From: Phycisphaerae bacterium | Lineage (GTDB): Bacteria > Planctomycetota > Phycisphaerae > SM23-33 | Length of the DNA stretch: 64,000 nucleotides | Direction of reading: 5' to 3' | NCBI GenBank assembly: GCA_011050235.1 | Contig: DRGC01000032.1 | Coordinates: 30,042 to 94,041 of the forward strand | In this document: one piece after another, positions 1 to 8,189 of the stretch | Layout: every line of letters begins with the position of its first letter | How positions within the stretch are numbered: position 1 is the stretch's first letter | Program-made: the position numbers and the translations under genes | The notes under the pieces: model-generated | What the model was told of the DNA's origin: nothing | Database searches by the model: none | The model's input: only the letters and a program-made list of their open reading frames with translations

Positions 1-103
1 TTGGCCCAAAGCCTCGTACATTGCTTGAGTCACTGTGGTCTGAAATCGAAGAAAGCCTGTATCCCTCTTGAGATCGCTGATCTTCTCGAATAAGCGCATC
101 ATG
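1..103 (-). CDS. 5' end of a small ORF running off the left window edge (hypothetical)
   Basis: An ATGATG start at 98..103 on the minus strand is in frame to the window edge (MMRLFEKISDLKRDTGFLRFQTTVTQAMYEALGQ...). It sits in the low-GC island downstream of the peptidase gene. Partial. Confidence 0.3.
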
Positions 104-187
104 ATGGGTCTTTCTCCTTCTCTTTCTGCCGAACGCTTTGCCGCTCAACGGGAGGGAAGTCCGTAGAGCGGCCGGTCGAGCGCCTGG

Positions 188-958
188 TTAGAAGCTTTCT
201 ATCAATTCGTGAACATAATACGAAGGTGTTACCATGGCTATTTTCCCCCCAGTCTTGTCTGAGATAGTGCCATGCATAACGCCATAGAAACATGTACCAT
301 TCCCCGTCGTTGTCATTGAGCCTGCCTTGAAAACGGACAGATCAACGATTGGACAACCACTATATCCTCCAACGGAAGGGTTCTCTAAAGCAAAGAAAGT
401 CTGTGGTGTCCTGGTGTCACCCCTAGGCAATGTTAGAAAGCCACTGGAAGCCTTTGATTCAAATGTAAGGGGACTAAAGTATCCTTGAGTACCTAATCCC
501 AGCGGGAATCCAATTGATGTCAGAATTAGTTCTCTGGCTGGCGCTGACTTCTCTTCAGAAAAGAATTCTAACGGAAGAAATCTGTTTTTCAGGGAAGCCC
601 CTGTTTGTGAATCCTGTGGGAACAGTTCAAATGCAGCCAAATCAGCTTCACTATGAGCTTTCCAGTCTAAGGAGGACTTTTCCACCAGCTTCTTAATAGG
701 AATCGTAAGCGGCCTATCGTCGTCGTCCTTAACAACAATATTGTCATTGATGGATATGTCATCAGCAACATGCTTTGCTGTTAAGACAAATGGCCGATCA
801 CTGCAAGCAACAAGAGTTCCTGTTCCACCTATATCGCTACTACAAACTTGGTCTCTCAGATTAACTACCATTCTAGCGATCAGTTCAAGAGGCAGTATGT
901 TACCCATCGTTCTCTTTCCAACAGTTGATCGAACGGAATTCCGTTGAGCCTTGGTCAC
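188..958 (-). CDS. trypsin-like serine peptidase (S1/Trypsin_2-like), no signal peptide
   Basis: All three catalytic-triad elements are present: His in TAKHV, Asp in DLAAFEL, and a GDSGGP-like GYSGCP serine motif. No N-terminal signal peptide. About 45% GC against about 67% elsewhere. The start may be the internal MGNIL. Confidence 0.6.
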   Translation of the reverse strand: MTKAQRNSVRSTVGKRTMGNILPLELIARMVVNLRDQVCSSDIGGTGTLVACSDRPFVLTAKHVADDISINDNIVVKDDDDRPLTIPIKKLVEKSSLDWKAHSEADLAAFELFPQDSQTGASLKNRFLPLEFFSEEKSAPARELILTSIGFPLGLGTQGYFSPLTFESKASSGFLTLPRGDTRTPQTFFALENPSVGGYSGCPIVDLSVFKAGSMTTTGNGTCFYGVMHGTISDKTGGKIAMVTPSYYVHELIESF

Positions 959-1097
959 GGGCCAGGCTATGCAGGATTCAGCATAACAAGGATATGGCCA
1001 TGCTCAACGGAAAAAGAAAACGTCCTGCCGACCCGACTCTTGGGCAGACCGGCGGGCCGGCTGATGGGCCTGCCCGCCGTAGGCGGGTGTGAGAGTT

Positions 1098-1970
1098 TCA
1101 GGCGTGGTCGGCGCGGAGTAGGGCTTGGTCGGTGGCGTGTTGGCGGAGGGTGGAGAGGTCGGCGGCGGCTGGGGTGTGGGTCAGGTCGGGGAACTCGTTG
1201 GCTCGAAAGCATGGGCGGTATTGGCCCATGATGTTGATCGCGCAGCCGGGGGCGGCTTGGGCGACGGTGTCGATGACGCCGCGGCTGTTGGCGAGATCGT
1301 TGGGCATGACGAGGTGCCGGACCAGAACCCCCCGGGTCGCAACACCGCGCCGGTCGGTCTGCAGCTTGCCCGTCTGCCGATACATCTCAGCCAGGGCGGC
1401 GGCGGCGACGGCCGGGTAGTCGCTCACGCCCGAGTACGTCCGCCCGCGGGCGGGGTCGGCCCATTTGAAGTCCGGCATGTAGATCTCGATCAGCCCGGCC
1501 AGCAGCTCCAGCGTCTCGACCCGCTCATAGCCGCCGCAGTTGTAGACGACGGGCACGCTCAGCCCGCCCGAGCGGGCGATGGCGATCGCCTCGGCGACGG
1601 CGTGGGCGACGTGGGTGGGCGTCACGACGTTGACGTTCTCGCAGCCGTCGCGCTGAAGACCCAGCATCATCTCGGCCAACTGCTCGGCCGTCACCGCCCG
1701 GCCGCGGTCGCTGTGGCTGATGTCGGCGTTCTGGCAGAACACACAGTCGAGGTTGCAGCCGGCGAAAAAGATCGTCCCGCTGCCGCCGCGGCCGACCAGG
1801 ACGGCCTCTTCGCCGAAGTGCGCCCCCGCCGAAACCACGACCGCCCGCTCGCCGATGCGACACGCCCCCACCTGCCCGGCCGTCCGGTCCACGCCACACG
1901 CCCGCGGACACAGCCCGCAATCGCGGATAAGCTCCCGAAGCTGATGCACGTTGTCCGCCAAGGCAGGCAT
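1098..1970 (-). CDS. radical SAM protein, PflA/PflX-like (glycyl-radical activase / AmmeMemoRadiSam-type) family
   Basis: A CxxxCxxC cluster is embedded in AGCNLDCVFCQN, and the N-terminal CGLCPRAC motif is typical of this subgroup. About 290 aa. Confidence 0.7.
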   Translation of the reverse strand: MPALADNVHQLRELIRDCGLCPRACGVDRTAGQVGACRIGERAVVVSAGAHFGEEAVLVGRGGSGTIFFAGCNLDCVFCQNADISHSDRGRAVTAEQLAEMMLGLQRDGCENVNVVTPTHVAHAVAEAIAIARSGGLSVPVVYNCGGYERVETLELLAGLIEIYMPDFKWADPARGRTYSGVSDYPAVAAAALAEMYRQTGKLQTDRRGVATRGVLVRHLVMPNDLANSRGVIDTVAQAAPGCAINIMGQYRPCFRANEFPDLTHTPAAADLSTLRQHATDQALLRADHA

Positions 1971-1983
1971 GGCGCTAGTGTAG

Positions 1984-2105
1984 CAAAGCTAAAAGCTGAA
2001 AGCTTAAAGCTGAAATTCAAGAACGACCGCCGCGACACGATACCGATTCTTGTTTTCAGCTTTTGTCTTTCAGCTTTAAGCTTTCAGCTTTAAGCTTTTG
2101 TTTCC
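1984..2105. repeat. inverted pair of heptanucleotide tandem arrays (NAAAGCT)x5 ... (TTTNAGC)x7 around a ~35-nt spacer
   Basis: CAAAGCT AAAAGCT GAAAGCT TAAAGCT GAAATTC, then a spacer, then TTTCAGC TTTTGTC TTTCAGC TTTAAGC TTTCAGC TTTAAGC TTTTGTT. It overlaps the stop of the DUF502 gene and lies upstream of the radical SAM gene. Confidence 0.8.
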
Positions 2106-2770
2106 GCTCCTTTGTCGAAGTTCATGTGTTCTGGCGTGACGGCGCCGCCGGAGACGATGAACGTCATCGCTTCGTCGACCGTCCAGTCGGTGGCGGTGAT
2201 CTTTTCGATCGGGACGATCTCGAGATAGCCCGAGGTCGGGTTGGGGGTGGTGGGCACATAGACGGCCGCGAGCTTTCGGCCGGTGTCGGAGTCCTCGAAC
2301 GTTCGCGTCACCAGGCCAACCGTCTTCATCTCCGGCGACGGGAAGTCGATCAGGACGACGCGTTGTACGTCGTCGGGGCTGGTCTGGAAGGTCACTAGCA
2401 GCTTCTTGGTCGCACCGTAGATGATCTTGACGATCGGGACCTGCTCCATCACCCAGTCCAGCAGGCCGATCAATTGCCGACCGATGACCTTGGTCGCCAT
2501 CCAGCCCAGCACCAGCAGGACCAACACGACCAGCACCACCGCCACGGCCGAGAGGAAGAACGGGTTGGTCACCGTCTCGGCCAGCCAAGGCGCGTGCGGG
2601 CGGATGGCCTTGGCCAGTTGCTCCACGGGCGGCCCGCCGACGGTCGTCAGGATCCGCACGACGAACGCCACGATCACCCACGTCACCGCCAGCGGGATGA
2701 TCGTCAGGATGCCGGCGATTAGGTACTTCTTCATGGCGGCGCCGAACGGGTTGGATTTCTTCCTGGCCAT
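2090..2770 (-). CDS. DUF502 family membrane protein
   Basis: The N-terminus MKKYLIAGILTIIPLAVTWVIV..., a second TM segment, and a YVPTTPNPTSGYL C-terminal region match the DUF502/COG2928 pattern. An alternative start lies at 2734. Confidence 0.65.
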   Translation of the reverse strand: MARKKSNPFGAAMKKYLIAGILTIIPLAVTWVIVAFVVRILTTVGGPPVEQLAKAIRPHAPWLAETVTNPFFLSAVAVVLVVLVLLVLGWMATKVIGRQLIGLLDWVMEQVPIVKIIYGATKKLLVTFQTSPDDVQRVVLIDFPSPEMKTVGLVTRTFEDSDTGRKLAAVYVPTTPNPTSGYLEIVPIEKITATDWTVDEAMTFIVSGGAVTPEHMNFDKGAETKA

Positions 2771-2851
2771 TGGGGCCCCTTTCTATGTGTGGTCGCCCCG
2801 AAGTCTACGCGCCAGCGCCGGCGGCTGAAAGCTTAAAGCGGCCGGGCGGAC

Positions 2852-2908
2852 GGCCGGGCGAGTGCGCCGGCGAGTTGGGGCAATATCTCGGTCGACAATA
2901 CCAACCGG
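2852..2908 (+). repeat. ~57-nt dispersed repeat, copy 1 (upstream of PEP-CTERM gene)
   Basis: The core GCGCCGGCGAGTTGGGGCAATATCTCGGTCGACAATACCAACCGG matches 3904..3948 at 43 of 45 positions. GGCCGGGCGAG lies upstream in both copies. Confidence 0.8.
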
Positions 2909-3209
2909 TGGGTGGCGGCGAAGGACACCATGAGGATGACGCATCCTGCCAAGAGTCTTGCCAAGAACGATGTTTTTTGATTGAACCCCCCCCGAATTTG
3001 AAGTAAACTACGCGTGTTGTGTAGAAACCAGCAGGCAATTCCTCGTGCTTTTGACAGAAACACTTCTGTTCCACTCGAGGAAGAGGAGGAGGCCATCTTG
3101 TGGAGGGCAAGCAAGAGAACCGTGACGGTGGCCCGCTGTATGAAGAACATCCATTGCGATGCGAACTTGAGACGAAGCGTTTACCAATACCAAAGCGAGG
3201 AGAAGCACG

Positions 3210-3875
3210 ATGAAGACGATTCGGACCATTCTGCTTGGCTTGGCGCTAACCTGTGGGCTTTCGACCGTAGCTTTCGGCGCCACGTTCGTTCAGACAACCC
3301 CGTACTTTAGCGCCGGTGACAGCCCGTTCAACACGGCGGCGCCCGGGTACCAAATCGAAGACTTCGAGGACTTGACCTTGAACACCCTCGGCATTCTTTC
3401 GTGGAGCACCTCCTTTGGCTCAGGGATATCTACGTTCTCGGTCGATGCTGATGACGGCGTCATCGACGGGTCAGGGGCTGGGGGGAAGTCGCTGTCGGTT
3501 GTCACCAGTGCAGGGGTCACCGGGTTGTTTATCAACTTCGATAGTGTCACATTTGGGCAATTCCCACAGGACGTCGGCATTGTGGTCACCCTTGCCAGTG
3601 CATTTCCTCTGGTCATTGAGGCGTTCGACCCTCTGGGCTTCTCGCTGGGAACGACCACGGCAAACTTGGCCTTGTCATCGCCGACCGGCGATGATGTGTT
3701 CTTCGGCGTAACGGACGTCGGCGGGATTTCGAAGTTCCACGTCTACTCAAACAGCGCGGCCACGTTCCTCCATGTGGACCACCTGCAGTACGGCCCTATC
3801 CCCGAACCAGCCACGATGAGCCTGCTGGCCCTGGGCGGCCTGGCCTTGCTACGGCGCAAGTCGAAGACCCCCTAG
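3210..3875 (+). CDS. PEP-CTERM sorting-domain secreted protein
   Basis: N-terminal signal peptide. The C-terminus is PEPATMSLLALGGLALLRRKSK: a PEP motif, a TM helix and a basic tail. Confidence 0.7.
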   Translation: MKTIRTILLGLALTCGLSTVAFGATFVQTTPYFSAGDSPFNTAAPGYQIEDFEDLTLNTLGILSWSTSFGSGISTFSVDADDGVIDGSGAGGKSLSVVTSAGVTGLFINFDSVTFGQFPQDVGIVVTLASAFPLVIEAFDPLGFSLGTTTANLALSSPTGDDVFFGVTDVGGISKFHVYSNSAATFLHVDHLQYGPIPEPATMSLLALGGLALLRRKSKTP

Positions 3876-3879
3876 GGGC

Positions 3880-3948
3880 GGCCGGGCGAGCGCGCAGGCG
3901 GGCGCGCCGGCGAGTTGGGGCAATATCTCGGTCGACAATTCCGACCGG
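3880..3948 (+). repeat. ~57-nt dispersed repeat, copy 2 (downstream of PEP-CTERM gene, upstream of PEBP gene)
   Basis: Same core, with a 12-nt insertion. Same orientation as copy 1, so the PEP-CTERM gene 3210..3875 is bracketed by direct repeats. Confidence 0.8.
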
Positions 3949-3993
3949 CAGGTATATAGTAAAGGTGTTCAGCCGTGGCAAGGAGATCGTGCT

Positions 3994-4587
3994 ATGACAC
4001 GGATCCGAACTATCACCGCGTGCGTCGCCGTTGGGTTGGCACTGGCGATGTCAGCGTGCAACGACAGCCCATCTCAGGCCGCCAACCCAGCCGAATACCA
4101 GCCACCCGAAGAGGCCGCCATGACCATCACATCCACCGCCTTCGCCAAGGGTCAGGCCATCCCGGAGAAATACACGGGCGAGGGCGAGGACGTCTCGCCG
4201 CCGTTGGCCTGGTCGGACGCGCCGGAAGGCGTGCGGCAGTTCGCGTTGATCTGCGACGACCCCGACGCCCCCAGCGGCGACTGGGTCCACTGGGTGATCT
4301 ACATGATCCCCGCCGACGCAGCCGGCCTGCCCGAAGCCATTCCCCCCGGCGAAAGGCCCGCCACGCCCAAGGGCTCGGCCCAGGGGGTGAACTCCTGGCC
4401 CGGGCGCATCCTCGGCTACAAAGGCCCCATGCCCCCACCCGGCCGCACGCATCACTACCACTTCAAGCTCTTCGCCCTCGAGGTGGTGTTGGACCTCGCG
4501 CCCGGCCTGGACAAGCCCGCCCTGCTGGCGGCCATGGCAGGCCACATCCTAGCCAAAGCCGAACTCGTCGGCACCTACGAACGCTAG
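3994..4587 (+). CDS. YbhB/YbcL (PEBP/Raf-kinase-inhibitor-like) family lipoprotein
   Basis: Lipobox AMSAC. PEBP motifs DDPDAP...WVHW and GPMPPPGRTHHYHFKLFAL are present. Confidence 0.75.
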   Translation: MTRIRTITACVAVGLALAMSACNDSPSQAANPAEYQPPEEAAMTITSTAFAKGQAIPEKYTGEGEDVSPPLAWSDAPEGVRQFALICDDPDAPSGDWVHWVIYMIPADAAGLPEAIPPGERPATPKGSAQGVNSWPGRILGYKGPMPPPGRTHHYHFKLFALEVVLDLAPGLDKPALLAAMAGHILAKAELVGTYER

Positions 4588-5107
4588 GTGGTCTTACGTA
4601 AGTCCGTAGCGATCGAGCCGTCGATTCAGGCCCCGGGGGGCCGTCTTGCTTAGCCCGGGGCGAAGCCGTAAGCGTGAGCGCAGCGAGCAGTCGAACGGCG
4701 AGCCCTGGGGAGTGAACCGACCCATGGGAAAGCCCCAACGGGGCGCCTTGAGGGGTCCGATAGCCCTGGCTCGTGTGATGGCACGGCCTCAACAATGGTC
4801 TCAAGCGCGTGGCTGACAAAGCCAAGACACCCCTTGCGGGGCTTGCCGCAATACCGACGATAACCCAGGGCTTGGCCTGACGGCCTACGCCCTGGGCTGA
4901 GCAAGGGACCCCGTTGGGGCCCAACAATCAACAAGGCCGCGCAAGAACTACCCGGGCAGGTCGCACGCCCGCCGGGCGGACACCTGCCATCCAAACGCTA
5001 CAGACTGATGGTAGGACGCTTAGTCGAGGCGACCAATATACGATGCGTTGTATAATGGTCGTGACTATTTTACGATGCCTGCGGGAACGGGGACCCAACC
5101 CGCGCTT

Positions 5108-5500
5108 CTAGTCGATCCCACCACCGCCACCACCACCCATCGCAACCAAGAACAGAAAGCTTATCGCCAGTAAACAGATGGCGATAATCACGGCGATGAC
5201 ACTGGTACAGGCCAACCTCATCGTCTGAAGAAAGACCCCTTCTTGTGGCGCACACGCTACGTATATCGGTCTATCGGCGCGTGGCTGTGGCATATCGCCC
5301 GAAATGCCTGTCTCAAGACTCATCCTGCAGAAGCGGCACACGAGGGCCACATACTTGATCTCTTCGCCGCAATATGGACATGCCTTCATGGCTGCCACAG
5401 TATTTCGCGTGCGGCAAACCGGGCATAATTCGATTTCACCCGCCAGCGAATCCGGCGCCTCCATAGGCGACCAGCAATCGGTGCACCGATAATAGATCAT
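5108..5500 (-). CDS. zinc-ribbon membrane protein (hypothetical)
   Basis: Four CxxC pairs (CTDC, CPVC, CPYC, CRFC) are followed by a TM helix and a poly-Gly tail. Start assumed at MIYYRCTDCW. Confidence 0.4.
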   Translation of the reverse strand: MIYYRCTDCWSPMEAPDSLAGEIELCPVCRTRNTVAAMKACPYCGEEIKYVALVCRFCRMSLETGISGDMPQPRADRPIYVACAPQEGVFLQTMRLACTSVIAVIIAICLLAISFLFLVAMGGGGGGGID

Positions 5501-5600
5501 CGCTTGCCCTTTCGATGTGAGCCCACATGCGCACATTGCCCCCGCGATAGGCACAACTCAAGAGGCGCTTTGACGGGCGCGGCGGGTTGATTAGAATGGG

Positions 5601-6368
5601 TTGATGCAGGTCGTGTCCCTTCAGTCCGGCAGCAACGGTAACTGTTACGTCGTCGAAGGCGGCGGGGTTCGCGTGTTGGTCGACGCCGGGTTGAGCGGGC
5701 GCGAGGCGCGGCGGCGGCTGGCCTCGGTCGGGCGCGATATCGACGACACCGACGCCCTGCTGGTCTCCCACGACCACAGCGACCACAGCCGCTGCGCGGG
5801 GATCTATCACCGCATGTTCGGCGTGGAGATCCACGCGACAGCGGGCACGATGCGGACGGCGTCGCGGAAACTCTCGCTGGGCCGCCTGGGCCCGGTGCGG
5901 CGGTTCCCGCCCGGCCGGGACCTGCACATCGGCGAGCTGCGCGTCGAGACGATCCCCACGCCGCACGACGGGACCGATCCGGTCTCGTTCGTCTTCGATG
6001 ACGGCCGGCGGCGGCTCGGCATCCTGACCGATCTCGGCCACGTCTTCGACGGCCTGGCCGACCTGATCGCGTCGCTGGACGCCGTCATCATCGAGAGCAA
6101 CTACGACGAGCGCATGCTCGAGACCGGCCCCTACCCGCGATTCCTGAAACGCCGCATCCGCGGGCGCGGCGGGCACATTTCCAACATCGAGTCGGCCCGG
6201 CTGATCGACCAGGCCGGCGGACGGCTGACCTGGGCGTGCCTCGCCCACCTCTCGCAGACCAACAACTCCCCCGATACGGCCTTGCGAACCTTCCGCGACG
6301 TGCTGGGCGATGGGCCGGCCCTGCACCTGGCCGGGCGGCACGCGGCCACCAAGATCATGACCGTGTAG
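5601..6368 (+). CDS. MBL-fold metallo-hydrolase
   Basis: The HxHxDH motif (VSHDHSDH) sits in a beta-lactamase-like fold. The N-terminus is typical of the YycJ/PhnP-like group. Confidence 0.7.
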   Translation: MMQVVSLQSGSNGNCYVVEGGGVRVLVDAGLSGREARRRLASVGRDIDDTDALLVSHDHSDHSRCAGIYHRMFGVEIHATAGTMRTASRKLSLGRLGPVRRFPPGRDLHIGELRVETIPTPHDGTDPVSFVFDDGRRRLGILTDLGHVFDGLADLIASLDAVIIESNYDERMLETGPYPRFLKRRIRGRGGHISNIESARLIDQAGGRLTWACLAHLSQTNNSPDTALRTFRDVLGDGPALHLAGRHAATKIMTV

Positions 6369-6393
6369 ATCCGTGTAGATCCAGGAGAACCGA

Positions 6394-8166
6394 ATGGGCG
6401 CGCTTGCGATCGTTGTGGTCACCTTTGTCGGCTATCTGGTCGTCTATCACACCTACGGGCGATTCCTGGCGCGCAGGATTTTCCGCCTGCGGCGCGACGC
6501 CGAGGTGCCGTCGAAAGTGTTCGCCGACGGCATCGACTTCGTCCCGACGCGCCGGAGCGTCATCTTCGGGCATCACTACACGTCGATCGCCGGCACGGGC
6601 CCGATCGTGGGCCCAGCGATCGGCATCATCTGGGGATGGGCGCCGGCGCTGATCTGGGTGTTCGTCGGTTCGATCGTCATGGGGGCCGTGCACGATCTGG
6701 GGGCGCTGGTGATCTCGCTCCGAAACGAGGGCAAAAGCATCTCGGAGATCGCCGCCCGCTACATCAGCCGCCGCGTGCGAACGATCTTCTTCCTGATCGT
6801 GTTTTTGGCGCTGCTGATCGTGATCGCCATCTTCGGCGTGGTCGTCGCGACGATCTTCAAGATCGCCCCCAAGTCCGTGATCCCCATCTGGTGTCAGATT
6901 CCCATCGCCATGATGCTGGGCGTGGCGGTGTATCGCTGGCGGGCCAATCTGGTGCTGGCCACGGTCGTCGCGGTGGCGGCGATGTACGCAACGATCTGGC
7001 TGGGCGCCGCCGGCGGCGACGTCGTCATGCCGGATCTGACGGTCGGGACGTTCGTCCTGCCGGCGACGGGTGTGTGGGTGCTGATCCTGCTGGCGTACGT
7101 GTTTGTCGCCTCGACGCTGCCGGTGACGCTGTTGCTGCAGCCGCGAGACTACATCAACGCGTGGCAGTTGTTCATCGCGATGGGCTTGCTCGTCACCGGC
7201 ATCGCGGCCGCGGCGCTGGGCGAGGGGGGCCTGCCGATTGTGGCGCCGGCGTTTCGCGCCGCCCCGCCGGGGGCGCCGCCGATTGTCCCGTTCCTGTTCG
7301 TGACGATCGCCTGCGGGGCGATCTCGGGCTTTCACTGCCTGGTCGCCTCGGGCACGTCCGTCAAACAGATCCGCTGCGAGACCGATGCGCTGTTCGTCGG
7401 CTACGGGTCGATGCTGCTGGAAGGCGCCCTGGCCGTGCTGGTAATCGTGGCCGTGGGGGCCGGCATCGGAATGGCCTATTCACAGGGCGGACAGACGCTG
7501 ACGGGCACGGCCGCGTGGGACGCCCACTACGCCACATGGTCCGGCGCCAAGGGCCTGTCGGACAAGGTCAACGCGTTCCTCTTTGGAGCGCGGAACCTGC
7601 TGGTCTCGCTGGGGCTCAAGCCCCAGTTCGCACTGGCGCTGATGGGCGTGTTTGTCGCGTCGTTTGCCGGCACGACACTCGACACGGCTACGCGCATTCA
7701 GCGCTATGTCATCAGCGAACTGGCCGGCGACCTCAAGCTCAAGCGCCTGGCCAATCGCTGGGTGGCCACCGCCATTGCGGTAGGCTCGGCGGCGGCGCTG
7801 GCCTTCACCGCGGGCGCCAGCGGCACGGGCGCGATGACGCTGTGGCCGATGTTCGGCGCGGTCAACCAGCTCCTGGCGGCCCTGGCGCTGCTGGTGGTGA
7901 CGATCTATCTGCGCCGCCGCGGCGGGTGGGGGTTCGTTCTCACGCTCGGGCCCTGCCTGTTCATGCTGGTGATCACCATGTGGGCCATGATCAGCAACGA
8001 GATCAACTTCCTGACCATGCCGGTCGCCGAGGGCGCGCTCGCCTATAAGAAATGGGTTCTCGTGATCATAAACGGCGCCATGCTCCCCCTGGCGGCCGTG
8101 GTCGCAGCCGAGGCCCTGACAACGCTGGTCAAGCCCAACAAGCCCCCCGCCGAGCAAGCGGCCTGA
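6394..8166 (+). CDS. cstA: carbon starvation protein A
   Basis: A 590-aa polytopic membrane protein. The CstA signature VIFGHHYTSIAGTGPIVGPAIG is present. Confidence 0.85.
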   Translation: MGALAIVVVTFVGYLVVYHTYGRFLARRIFRLRRDAEVPSKVFADGIDFVPTRRSVIFGHHYTSIAGTGPIVGPAIGIIWGWAPALIWVFVGSIVMGAVHDLGALVISLRNEGKSISEIAARYISRRVRTIFFLIVFLALLIVIAIFGVVVATIFKIAPKSVIPIWCQIPIAMMLGVAVYRWRANLVLATVVAVAAMYATIWLGAAGGDVVMPDLTVGTFVLPATGVWVLILLAYVFVASTLPVTLLLQPRDYINAWQLFIAMGLLVTGIAAAALGEGGLPIVAPAFRAAPPGAPPIVPFLFVTIACGAISGFHCLVASGTSVKQIRCETDALFVGYGSMLLEGALAVLVIVAVGAGIGMAYSQGGQTLTGTAAWDAHYATWSGAKGLSDKVNAFLFGARNLLVSLGLKPQFALALMGVFVASFAGTTLDTATRIQRYVISELAGDLKLKRLANRWVATAIAVGSAAALAFTAGASGTGAMTLWPMFGAVNQLLAALALLVVTIYLRRRGGWGFVLTLGPCLFMLVITMWAMISNEINFLTMPVAEGALAYKKWVLVIINGAMLPLAAVVAAEALTTLVKPNKPPAEQAA

Positions 8167-8189
8167 ACGTCGACAGTTGGACCGGGAAA

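Noticed and set aside
4588-5107. tmRNA or RNase P RNA in the long convergent gap
   Set aside because: I could not find the RNase P signatures GGAAAGUCCGGGCUCC or AGGGUGAAA, a tRNA-like 3' end, or a tag-peptide reading frame. I left it as an unclassified candidate ncRNA.
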